A model generated the notes under the pieces. The model did no database searches and was not told where the DNA came from. It worked only from the letters and a program-made list of their open reading frames with translations. A stretch of 64,000 nt of DNA. Source: Heterodontus francisci. Lineage: Eukaryota. This document shows positions 37,400 to 49,450 of this stretch, one piece after another. The stretch lies in NCBI RefSeq assembly GCF_036365525.1, contig NC_090391.1, positions 79,434,085-79,498,084 of the forward strand, in the 5' to 3' direction. Each line of letters opens with the position of its first letter. Positions within the stretch are counted from its first letter, which is position 1. A program made the translations under genes and the position numbers.

Positions 37400-38950
37400 A
37401 AACCTACTCGGAAACAGGCTATTTTAGATCTAGTAATATGCAATGTGGTCGGATTAATAAGAAATGTCATAATTATCGTCCTCCAGGGGGTAGCAGTCAC
37501 AACATGGTAGAAATTCTAATGCAGTTTGAGGACGAGCAATTTGGGTTTCACACCAGTGTCCCCAACTTAAACAAGAGCAATTACAGAGGTATGAAGAAAG
37601 AGTTGTCTAAAACAGGCTGGGAAAATAGACTAAGGGGAAGATAAGTGGATGAGAAGTGGCAGACATTTTACCAGATATGTCATAACGCTCAGCAAAAAAT
37701 AATCAAGGTCAAAAAGAAGACTCGATGAGAAGGATGAACCACCCGTGGTTAACAAAGGCGGTCAAGGAGAGTATCCCATCAAAAACTGAGGCATACAAAG
37801 TGGCAACAACTAGTGGTACGCAAGAGGATTGGGAATCTTTTAAGGAACCAGCAGCGGATGCCTAAAAAGCTAATTAAGACGGAGAAAATTGATTATGAAA
37901 GCAAATTGGCAATAAATATAAAAAACAAACAACAAGAGCTTCTTTATAAGAAGAAAGGGAGTCGCTAAAGTGAGCGTGGGACCCTTGGAGGATGTGACTG
38001 GTGAATTGATAATGGGGAACAGGGAAATGGCAGAATATTTAAACCAATATTTTGCATTGGAATTGACGATGGGGGACACTACAAACACCCCACAGATATC
38101 AGATAAGCAAAGAGCTAATGGGAGTAAAGATCTTGTAACAGTCTCTTTCACGACGGCAGAGTATTTGACGAACTAATTGGACTAAAGGCAAACAAGTCGC
38201 CAGGACCTGATGTGCTTCATCCAAGGGTTTTAAAGGAAGGAACTGCAATAAAAGAGGAGGCAGTGGTCGAAATATTCCAGAACTCACTGGATTCCAGGAG
38301 GGTCCCAGCGGATTGGAAAACCGCTAATGTGACGCGCCTGTTCAAGAAGGGAGGGAGACAAAAAGCAGGAAACTATAGGCCAGTCAGCCGAACATCGGTC
38401 ATTGGGAAAATGCTAGAGTTCATTATTAAGGAAGAAATTGCAGACATTTAGAAAAGCTTAAAGCAATCAAACAGAGTCAACATGGTTTGAGAAAGGGAAA
38501 TCATGTTTGACACTTTTGTTAGAGTGGTTTTTGGATATAACAAGCAGAATTTATAAAGGGAACCAGGAGATGTAGTGTATTTGGATTTGCAGAAGGCATC
38601 CGATAAGTTGCCACAGAAAAGATTATTGCACAAGAGAGGAACTCACGGTATTGGGCGTCATATATTAGCATGAACTGAGGATTTGTTAACGCACAGTCGA
38701 CAGAGAGTGGGGATTAATGGGTCTTTTTCAAGGAGGAAAGACGTAAGTAGTGGAGGGCAGCAAGGATCAGTCCTAAGGTCTCAATTATTCACTATTTGTA
38801 TTAATGACTTGGAGGAGGGGTCAGAGTGTAAGACATCCAAATTTGCTGATGATACAAAAACAGGTGGGAGGGCATCTTGTGATGCGGACATAAGGAATTT
38901 GCAAGGGGATATAGTTAGGTAGAGTGAGTGGGCAAAAACTTGACAGATGC
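37400..38950 (+). mobile_element. CR1 LINE endonuclease-end/RT fragment
   Basis: ORFs 38212..38451 (VPADWKTANVT...GNYRPVS) and 38683..38922 (KFADDTK). Confidence 0.85.
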
Positions 38951-39059
38951 TTTAGAAAGCTTTCCAGAACATACTCGAGGAACTCCTTCCCCTTTCTGAC
39001 CTCTACACTACTGCTCCTCCAGTCTACATTCGGATAATTAAAGTCTTCCTTGATAACTA

Positions 39060-40480
39060 CTCCATAATCCCTGCATCTCTCTGTAAAACAGACACAACAA
39101 ATATCTTTTCATGAACACTTTTATTCAACGACACGTTGAATTCACACTTGTGTATTCCATAGTGCCTGCATTAAGGGTTCCCTCAAATTGCCTAGTGATC
39201 CTGCACGGTGCTACCCCAGTGGCTGCAGAATGGTTGGTGTAAGGCTGCTGACTTTCACTGAGGGAGGTTGTAGATGGTCTTGCATGAATCCCTCGAGCAG
39301 CTCTGGGTCTTGACGTCTCGCATTCGGACGACATTAGTTCCCCATGGTCAGCAGCAGCCTGAGCTGGTTTATGGGTATCAGCAAAAACACTGGTGGAGTA
39401 TCAGTGAAGGAAGACAAATTCTGCCAGCCTAAGAGCGGACAGCAGGTTCGTGCTCCACGGAGCCACTGCCTGTCCCACGGAGCGATACCTCAGAAATCCG
39501 ATTAATCCTCTGGATCTCTGAGTGCTGGACTGCGGTGAGAGCCTTAAAACCCCTTTGACAACTGAGATCCACTGCCATAATGGAAGCACTAAGATCCTGC
39601 ATGGCCGCAAGCATGGATCTTATGACCTCGGTCTGACATTCCACTGCAACACCGAGACGTTGAGTGTCTGCCACCTGTGCTGCAGTGGAAACTGCGACAA
39701 TGATCACCAGACGCTGTATCAAGGCTGGGTCCGCTAGTGCTGTCATGGACTTAGTGACCACTTCCACTAGGGAAAGAATGGGCTTCAAGCTCTGTGCAAT
39801 GTCCTGTGCCCTGTTGGAGTCGGACTCCTCTAAGTTCCTAAACAGTGACAACAGACTGTCTGACAGGACGGTCAATGGACAAAGTATCTCAGTGGACATG
39901 TCTATCAGCATTTTCCTGTCTGTTGCCCCATTAAATTTCTCATGTTAAGTGAGCTGGCACATGCAATCACCACGTGCAGGTCCCGACTCTATTCCAACCT
40001 CGACGGTACACGCAGTGTAAATATTTTCGCAGGTGGTTGTGAGTCCCGGACCTGCTAATGGATATTCACCATCAGTGCTGTACTGCTGCTCTCTCTTTCT
40101 CTCTCTCTCTCTGTCCCTGAGAGCTGCTGTGACTGGGAAGCTGGCACTTTTAGGTTATTATTGGGAAGTATATCATCAGAAGGGGAGGATTGGGGTGAGG
40201 TTTTGGGGATTGGATGGAAAGCAGGAGATCCAGGTACCGCCAACTGCAGCTTGTACATCATATCAGACAGCAAGATGAGGGGAAGCTAGGAGTTAAGAGA
40301 CGTCATAAGGAAAGAACGTTGCATCACCCTTGAAGCTACCAGCCAGCTTCACACACAGTTAGGATCCTGTTAAGCTTCCAGTCACCCAGCTTACAGTGCG
40401 GGTCACCCTGGGCGGCATGTATAATTCATGGCAATGAGGAGGCAGCAGGAAGTTTTGTGTGTCACCAGGAACAGGCACGG
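39060..40480 (-). mobile_element. Copy of the Harbinger-associated second-ORF region
   Basis: ORF 39429..39911 is similar to 31512..31814(-) and 62852..63067(+); identity as a Myb/SANT partner is inferred only. Confidence 0.5.
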
Positions 40481-41169
40481 GCAGATCATGAATCACCAAC
40501 CCTAGGCCTGAAAAGAAGGACAAATCTGATTTTTCCTGTTTCTCACCTTTTTCATTGTTTTCCATTTTCTCTTTCACCCTGTCTCACACTCTCACTTTTT
40601 CAGTTTCGGTCTGGCTCATAGAATCAGAGACAATGCAGCATAGAAGGAGGCTATTCGGCCCATTGTGTCAGTGTTGTCGCTTTGAAATATTATCTAATCA
40701 ATTCTGCTCCCCTGCTCTTTCCCCAGACTCCTGCATTTTTATCCTTTTCAAGTTTTTGCCAAATGCACTTTTGCAAGATATTTTTGAATCTGTTTCCACC
40801 ATATAGCCTGACAATGAATTCTAAACCCAATAACTCACAGCGTAAGAAAATTTTCCGCATTTCCCCTCAGTGTCTTTGCCAATTAACATCAAACTGTGTC
40901 TTAATATTGCACTTTCTGACACTGGAAACCTCTTCACCTTAATTACACAATCAAGACTCTTCGTGATTTTGAATTTCTATATTTAATCTCCCTTTATCCG
41001 TCACTGCTCCACAGAGGACAAAGAATAAAACAACAGAAAATGTCGGAAATAGTACTGATGATAGGTCACATATCTGAAACAATAACTCTGTTTAAGTCAC
41101 CACAGATGCTGCCAGAACTGCTGAGTATTTCCAGCACTTTCTGTTTTACCTTATGTATTTTCAGTGCGA

Positions 41170-42050
41170 ATTAAAATTTTAGAAGATTGAAGCCATTGTT
41201 TTCAGTCCCCATTGCACACACCATTAACAGCTACCGACTTTATCCCTCTCCCTGACTACTGTGTGAGACTAAAGCAGACTGTTTACAAACTTGGTGTCAT
41301 ATTTGACCCCAAGATGATCTTCCGACCACGTATATGCACTTTCACTAAAATGGCCTACCCCCACCTCAGTTACATCGCCTGACTTTGTTTCTCTCGCAGA
41401 TCCTCTGCTTAAAACCCTCATTCAAGTATTCGTTACCACCAAGACGTCTGCAGTACTGAAAGTGACCACCTCTCCTGGTGCTAGTGCCGATACTGATGAG
41501 CTGCCAGTTCTCTGATTGGCCAGCAGCTGTTGGAGGTGGGATCCTAATCTTGAAAGGGACTTGGATCCCAGCATAAGACATTTAGACAAAAAAAATGCAC
41601 GATCGCTTTGGGGCGAGGTGGGGGTGGGTGGCACGAAAAGGCCGAGGTTCTGTTAACCCCGCCTGTCTGGCCCGCTGCTAAGAGCCACGCCTGCAACACA
41701 TGTCCAGCCCCATATCACGGAAATAGCCTCCTGTCCCACAACACACTAACATACCTATATTAATCTTATATTGGCCTCTTGTGCATCCCTGATTTTAATC
41801 TCGTCACCACTGGTGGTAGTACCTTCAGTTGTATGGGCCCGAAGCTCTGTAATACCATCTCCGCGCCTCTCCAGCTAACTTTATGTCTTTAAAACACTCC
41901 TTGAAGCATATTTCTTTGATCCAGCTTTTGGTCATCTTATCTACAATCTCCTTATGTAACTCGGTATCTTATTTTGTTATATAATGCGCCTATGAAACAT
42001 CTTGGGACTTTTTACGACATTAAAGGTGCTGTAGAAATACAATTTGTGGT
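41170..42050 (+). mobile_element. L2 fragment interrupted by a non-autonomous DNA-transposon-like insert (about 41460-41740)
   Basis: LGVIFDP motif and L2 tail aaacactccttgaag...tttgatccagcttttggtca. Confidence 0.55.
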
Positions 42051-43544
42051 TATTGTTTCTGCCCAGTCCATCACCCTGTTTGTGCCCTCATGAATTCTAT
42101 TACTATCTTGCTCGCTCATCACTCGACTTCCACACTTCATGAGTTCTGAAAATTGCAACATTGTGAACTGTAGCCTGCTCCCTCGGTAACCTGTGGCCCA
42201 TGGATGGGCCCTGGCAGCAAAGATGATTCTCCCTGAAACACCCCCAAACTAAGCGAGTACCATCACCCATTTTCCAGGGGTTACCACACTGGCACTGGCA
42301 ATACCAGCCAACTCACCTGGGGTATGGGACTCCAAGGCTGCTCCTGTCCCAGGTCTGGTGTAATAGCAACAGTAGTCCCTGCTCCCTGGCTATCCCCTGC
42401 TGCAACACTTGATTTACGTCGGGTCCGGGACTCTAACAATGGGCCTGGTCCCAGACCTGTTGTGTTACCGGCACTGGCTCCGATCAGCTGACTGTGCGTG
42501 GTGTCATCGCCAGACTTACCTATGTGTCTAGGGCACGATGGGTCAAGGGTGTAATACTGGCAGTTCCACTGCTCTCAGTGGCGTTGCCGATACTAGTGAG
42601 CAGCTGGCCATGATTGTTCAGCAGCTTTGGCAGATGGGATTCCCATCCTTTAAGGGATGTGGACCACGACACCAGGCAGTTAATTGCTGAAGAGCCACAC
42701 GGAGTGTAGGCTCTGAATTTCTATGACAGGGTACGCTCATATTTTCTGCCCGCCGTCAGGAACCCCACTGGCTCCACTAAATTCAGCTCCCTGTCTCCAG
42801 CAGCAATTCCTGTCACTGGGAAAATAATTCACTGCATACTGAATACAACAACAAATGTGCAATTGTCATTCTAAACTCCTTGAAACTGCTGTTTTCACTC
42901 CCAACCTGGAGTAAAATATCCTGACAAATTCCCTTGTTTAGCTTTATCTTCGTGACGATTGAGATTATTTGTTTCATTGATTTTTCAGTGGACTCATTCC
43001 CAATTATTGCTTTGAAATAATTGAATTCCGTTCTGCCCACCACAGTTGAGGGAATCTCTCAGGCAGTCCAACATTTAATTTCCTGCTCAAGAGCGATGTG
43101 CAACAGACGTTGCAAATCTGAAATAAAAACCGAAAATGCTGGATATATTCATCAGGTCTGGCAGCACCTGTGGAGAGAGAAACACAGTTAATGTTTCAGG
43201 TCAATGACCCTTCATCAGAACTGGGAGAGATTAGAAATGGATCAGATTTTAAACCAGACAGGGACGTGAGGGAAGGGAAGGATTATGATTAACATTGATT
43301 TTAACATTTCAGTCTCATCCGGAACAGTTTCAGTTCCTGTATTCCATCCCCGTGTGTAATTTTCATTTAATCTCTCCTGCCTTCCACCCTATTACAACAC
43401 TTCTCTTGTTCTTTCAGCTTCGATCATTTCAGTACATCACTGGATACAGGAACATACTTTAAATCTCAATAAGGCCTCAAGCAAACTGGTAACTTTGATC
43501 CTAGACTGATGTATAATTTCTCTATTTATTCCCCTTCCTTACAG

Positions 43545-44428
43545 TTAACTTGCTGACGATTGGGATCTTATCTCGGGGAAAATGCGGGCTCTCCAAATGT
43601 GTCACTCGCTACCTGGTAGCCATGGCAGCGGCGGATCCACTGGTCATTTTCCTGGATGTGATATTGAGACACATTCCCATTGTTTATCCGGAACAGTTTC
43701 AGTTCCTGTATTCCATCCCCGTGTGTAATATTCACGCCATCCTGCTTTACGCAGCTACAGACTGTTCTGTCTGGTTCACCGTCAATTTCACTTTCGATCG
43801 ATTTGTGGCGATTTGTTGCCAGAAGCTGAAAAGGAAATATTGCAGCGAGAAAACGGCGGCTGTGGTTCTGGGAACAGTGATTGTGCTGAGCTGTTTAAAG
43901 AACATCTTCTGGTATTTTATGTTCACAGGTCGGTATTTGCTGTGGAACATCCCATGGTTTTGTGATGCAGCAGAGCATGCTCGGAATTCTCGTGTCTGGG
44001 GAACGATCGAGTTCCTCCATTACATTCTAACACCGTTTGTCCCATTTATGGTGATTCTACTGCTCAATGCTGTCACCGTCAGACACATTTTAGAGAGCAG
44101 TAGAGGACGCAGGAGACTCCGGGATCATAGCAGTGGGGACAGACGCAAAGACCCAGAGATGGATAGCCGAAGAAAATCCATCATTTTACTGTTAATTATC
44201 TCGGCAAATTTCATTCTGTTATGGGCAGTGTTAATGGTGTTTTCGGTATGGATCCGGATGTGGTATTTAGGCTATCAGTCTATACTTCTACCGGCGTTTC
44301 TGCGGGAATTGGGCTTCATGCTGCAGCTGCTGAGCTGCTGCACAAACACTGCGTTTTATGTCGTGACCCAGACTCAGTTCAGAGTGCAGTTGAAGAATGT
44401 GTTGAAATACCCCTTTACTAATTTTTAA
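43545..44428 (+). CDS. Exon 2 of GPR139/GPR142-like class A GPCR (gene B); TM1 end to C-terminus; spliced product about 354 aa
   Basis: Polypyrimidine acceptor ttccccttccttacag at 43544; open 292-codon frame with TM2 YLVAMAAAD, C3.25 (PVCN), TM3 SVWFTVNFTFDRFVAIC (DRF), TM5 ILTPFVPF, ICL3 DPEMDSRRKS, TM7 MLQLLSCCTNTAFY, helix 8 TQTQFR. Family assignment is by motif recognition, not by database search. Confidence 0.92.
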
Positions 44429-44449
44429 ATTAATTCAATGTTGTGATGA

Positions 44450-45554
44450 GTGCATGAGATAGAGACAGACCCGTTGTCGGTTCGAGAGAGAAATGCAGGG
44501 TGTGTGTGAGAGAGAATCGGGCAGGGAGTGGGTGAGAGAGAGACAGACAGGGAGCGTGTGCAAAAGGGACAGACAGAGAGTTTGTGAGAGAGACCGTTTG
44601 GGAATGTGTGTGAGAGAGAGAGACAGACAGGGATGCAGTGTGAGGGAGAAAGACAAGGTGTGTGTGTGAGAGAGACAGACAGGGAGTGTAGGTGAGCGAG
44701 ACAGTCGGGGAGTGTGTGAGAAATAGACAGCCAGGAAGTGAGTTTGAAGGAGAAAGACAGGGTGTGTGTGAGAAAGAGATAGTCAGACAGGGAGTAGTGT
44801 GAGAGTGACAGAGAGGGAGTAACTGCGAATAAGAAAGACAGGGTGTGTCTGTGAGAGAGACAGACAGAGACACTAGGTGAGGGAGACAGACAGTGAGTGT
44901 TTGTGTGTGAGAGAGAGAGACAGACAGGGAGTGTGTGTGAGAGGCAGATAGGAAGTGTGTGAGAGAGGGAAACAGACAGGGAGTGCGTGAGAGACTGATA
45001 GTGAGAGTGTGGGAGAGACAGACAGGGACTGTGCGTGTGAGAGTGAGGTACAGTGTGTGTGAGAGAGACTGACATGTTTTGTGTGTGAGAGAGAGGCTGT
45101 GAGGCAGTGTGTGTGAGAGACAGACAGGGTGTGTGTGTGACAGATGCAGACAGGCAGTAATTGAGACAGAGGCAGACAGGCATTGTATGTGGGAGAGACA
45201 GAGGTTGTGTGTGTGTGTGTGTGATAGAGGCAGTCAGGCCGTGCGTGAGAGACAGACAGTACATGTGAGAGATTTAGGCAAGGAGTGTGTGTGACTGAGG
45301 CAGACAGGGTGTGTGTGAGAGATAGACAGACAGGCAGTGTGTTTAAGAAAACAGCCAGGTCGTGTTTATGAGCGCGACAGGCATGGAGTGTGGGACACAC
45401 AGGGATTGTCTGTGAGAGAGAAAAGGAGGAAGTCTGCGCAAGTAAGGCAGACAAGGAGTGTATTTGAGATGCAGACAGGAAGGGTGCATGAGAGACAGTC
45501 AGCGATTTAGTATGAGAGATACGGACACACAGTACGTGTGCCAGAGAGAGCGAC

Positions 45555-45633
<79 letters not shown>

Positions 45634-46500
45634 CAGACAAAGCATGAGATAGAGAGAAAGAGAGAGAAAACAGGGACTGGGCTAGAGAGGGAGACAGAGA
45701 GGGACTGAGGGAGATGAGAACATGGAGTGAGATAGTGACTGGGAATGGGAGAGAGAGAGAGACAGGGATTTTAAATGAGAGAGAGAGGGAGTGCAGAGAA
45801 ATGTAGGTAAACAGGGAGTTAGATGAGGCAGAGTGTGAGAGAGACTGAGACAGAGAGAGAATGAAAGACAAAGGGAGTGATAGGAGTGAGGGAACGAGAC
45901 AGAGCGGGACCAGACGTGGGAAGGGGAGACACGGAGTAGAGAGAGTGAGTGTTTGAGACAGGCAAGGAGTAACAGAGAAAGAGATGGGATTGAGGGACTG
46001 ATAAAAGGAGTGGCAGAAGGTGAGAGACAGACATGATTTGTGAGATATAAAGGGAAACGGAGTGGTGGCACAGTGGTGCAGTGGCTGGCACCACAGCCTC
46101 AAATCTCCACTAACCCGCGTTCGATTTTCGGTGCTGTCTGTGTGGAGTTTGCAAGTTCTGCCTGTGGCCCCGTGGGCATTCACCAGGTGCTCCGGTTCCC
46201 TCCCATAGCCAAAGACTTGCAAAGGTTGAAAGGAAAATTGGTCAACTGAAATTGCTCCTAGTGTAGGTAGAAAATGTGAGATTACTGCAGGGTCAGTATA
46301 AATGGGTGGTTGCTGGTCGGCACTGGCTCAGTTGACCAAAGGGCCTGTATCAGTGTTGCATCTCTAAACAAATAAAAATGAGAGTTAGAGGGAAAGAAAC
46401 AGTAATAGAGTGAGTGGGGAGTCGAATACTGAGAGATAGGGACAAAGAGATCGTGACAGGGATTGGGAGAAACAAACAGACAGATTGTGTGTGGGTCGGT
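44450..46500 (+). repeat. Composite (GT)/(GA)/GACAGACAGG low-complexity satellite with a (TG)n tract at about 45559-45627
   Basis: Recurring gtgtgtgagagagacagacaggga units directly after the gene B stop codon. Confidence 0.9.
46064..46378 (+). mobile_element. tRNA-derived V-SINE (diverged)
   Basis: ggcacagtggtgcagtgg head, gttcgatt B-box, V-domain, gggcctgtatcagtgttgcatctct tail. Confidence 0.8.
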
Positions 46501-47133
46501 CACACAGACAGTGTAAGAGAGAATTACAGGGAGTTGGAGACTAAAAGTGATGCTTAATATTCTCAGCCCTCATGGTCCGCTGACCACTCGGAGAAGTGGA
46601 CGCTGTTGAGGCTCCAGAGCTGCTGGCCTTCTGATCTAACAGCAGCGGCAACATGTTGTGTGCCCTTCATTGGACAGGGAGCTCAGAGCGGAAATTTAGC
46701 AAGTTATGCACCGGGAATGTTGTTCCACCAATCTCATTGCTGGGAAGAGCAGTCTCAGGTTACCCCCATGTGGTCCTGACATCAGGTTTCGGAAACCGCA
46801 AGAAGATCCAATGCAGAAGTGCAGACATGGAGAAAGGGAACGACAGATGGAACATACTGCGTTTAATATTAGGTATGAGCTGTATGTGGAATTGACCAGT
46901 GTCACTGGTTCATTTCCCAGTCCCGGTGTGGGGTCTGTGAATGGAATCAGATATTTGAAAATTGCAGTAATATTTCCGACAAGGACTTGGAGTTAAAGAT
47001 ATCAAATCAATAAAACAGATCTCCTGATCATAATAATAAAAGCAAAATACTGCGGATGCTGGAAATCTGAAATAACAGCAAGAAATGCTGGAAATACACA
47101 GCAGGTCTGGCAGCATCTGTGGAGAAATAAGCA

Positions 47134-47170
47134 GAGTTAACGTTTCAGGTCAGTGACCCTTCTTCAGAAC
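47134..47170 (-). ncRNA. Minimal type-I hammerhead ribozyme motif in the Penelope terminal repeat
   Basis: Reverse complement GUU-CUGAAGA-A-GGGUC(ACU)GACCU-GAAA-CGUU-AAC: core boxes, stem II hairpin, palindromic AACGUU and short stem I GUU/AAC. Confidence 0.65.
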
Positions 47171-47749
47171 GAGCAAACATTAGAAATGCAAAAGGTTATA
47201 AACAAGTAAAGCGGGGGTGGACAAGTGATAACAAAGGGGAAGGTGTAAATAGGACAAGGTCACAGAAAAGCTGACCAGAAGGTCGGTGAGAAAAGGCAAA
47301 CAATATGTTAATGGTGTGTTGAAAGACAAAGCATGAGAACAGATCGGGTGTTGACAGACTGAAAATTGAACAGCTGCAAGTGCAAACATGAAAAGAACAG
47401 TGGGCAAGCAAAATGAACAAACTAGGATGAAATAAAATAAAGACGAAAAAATATTTTAAAAAGGAAAAAGAAAATGTAACTGAAAATAAAAGTAAAATGG
47501 AGCCCGTCATCTTCTGAAATTCTTCAACTCAATGTTCAGTCCGGCAGGCTGTAGTGTGCTTAATCAGTAAATGAGATGTTGTTCCTCGAGCTTGCGTTGA
47601 TGTTCACTGGAACACTGCAGAAATCGCAGGACAGAGATGCGAGCATGAGAGCACGGGGGGAGTGTTGAAATGGCAAGCAACTAGAAGCTCAGGGTCCAGC
47701 TTGCGGACTAAGCAGAGGTGTTCCGCAAAGCGGTCACCTAGTTTGTGTT

Positions 47750-49450
47750 TTTTAAAATTCATTCATGGGATGTGGGCGTCACTGGTTATGCCAGCATTTA
47801 TTGCCCATCCCCAATTGCCCTTGAGAACGTGGTGGTGAGCTGCCTTCTTGAACCGCACCAGTCCATTTCGTGTAGGTAGACCCACAGTTTTGTTACGAAG
47901 GGAGTACCCGGCTTTTGACCCAGCGATATTGAAGTTCCAAGTCAGGATTGTGCGTGTCTTGGAGGGGAACTGACAGGTGGGGATGTTACCATGTATTTGC
48001 TGCCCTTGTCCTTTCTAGCTGGTAGAGGTCGCGGGTTTGGAAGGTGCTGTCTAAGGAGCCTTGGTGCACTGCTGCAGTGCATCTTGTAGATGGTACACAC
48101 TGCTGCCACTGTGCGTCGGTGGTGGAGGGAGTGAATGTATGCAGATGGTGTGCCAATCAAACGGGCTGCTTTGTCCTGGATGGTGTCGAGCTTCGATTGG
48201 GTTGTTGGAGCTGCACCCATCAAGACAAGTGGAGAGTATTTCATCACACTCCTGACTTGTGCTTTGTAGATGGTGGACAGGCTTTGGCGAGTCAGGAGGT
48301 GAGATACTCGCCTCGGGATTCCTGGCCTCTAAACTGTTGTTGTAGCCACGGTATTTATATGGCTACACCAGTTCAGTTTCTGGTCAATGGTAACCCCTAG
48401 GATGTTGATAGGGGGGATTCAGCGATGGTAATGCTGTTGAATGTCAAGGGGAGATGGTTAGATGCTCTCTTGTTGGAGATGGTCATTGCCTGGCACTTGT
48501 GTGGCGCGAATGTTACTTGCAACTTAACAGCCCAAGCCTGGATATTGTCCAGGTCTTGCTGCATTTCTACACGGACTGGTTCAGTATCTGAAGAGTCACG
48601 AATGGTGCTGAACATTGTGCAATCATAAGTGAACATCCCCACTTCTGACCTTATGATTGAAGGAAGGTAATTGATGAAGCAGCTGAAGATGGTCGGGCCG
48701 AGGACACTACCCTGAGGAACTCCTGCAGTGATGTCCTGGAGCTCAGATGATTGACCGCCAACAACCACAACCATCTTCCTTTGTGCTAGGTATGACTCCA
48801 GCCAGCGGAGGGTTATCCTCCTGATTCCCATTGTCCTCAGTGTTGCTAGGGCTCCTTGATGCCATACTCGGTCAAATGCTGCCTTGATGTCAACGGCAGT
48901 CACTCTAACCTCACCTCTTGAGTTCAGCTCTTTTGTCCATGTTTGAGCCAAGGCTGTAATGAGGTCAGGAGCTGAGTGGCCCTGGCGGAACCAAAACTGA
49001 GCGTCACTGAGCAGGTTATTGCTAAGCAAGAGCCGCTTGATGGCACTGTTGATGACACCTTCCATCATTTTACTGATGATTGAGAGTCGGCTGATGGGGT
49101 GGTAATTGGCCGGGTTGGACATGTCCTGCTATTTTTGTGTACAGGGCATACCTGGGCAATTTTCCACATTGCAGGGAAGATGCCAGTGTTGTAGCTGTAC
49201 TGGACGAGCTTGTCTGGGGGCGCGGCAAGTTCTGGAGTACAGGTCTTCGGTACTATTGCCGGAATATTGTCAGGGCCCATAGCTTTTGCAGTATCCAGTG
49301 CCTTCAGACATTTCTTGATATCACGTGGAGTGAATCGAATTGGCTGCACTCTGGCATCTGTGATGCTGGGGACTTCAGGAGGAGGCCGAGATGGATCATC
49401 AACTCGCCACGTCTGGCTGAAGATTGTTGCAAATGCTTCAGCCTTATCTT
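47750..49450 (-). mobile_element. CR1-group LINE (second family) RT to 3' end, nested in the Penelope element
   Basis: ORF 48397..49122 (NYHPIS, QFWFR, DIKAAFDRVWH, GVPQGSVLGP, FTYD); ORFs 49065..49349 and 47942..48247. Confidence 0.9.

Noticed and set aside
44425-46222. Long minus-strand ORFs (449 aa, 279 aa, 147 aa) rich in S/L/H/T
   Set aside because: Stop-free by-products of CT/CA microsatellite composition; no domain structure.
46650-46996. Short ORFs with a possible donor at about 46872
   Set aside because: No recognisable product or partner exon; insufficient support.
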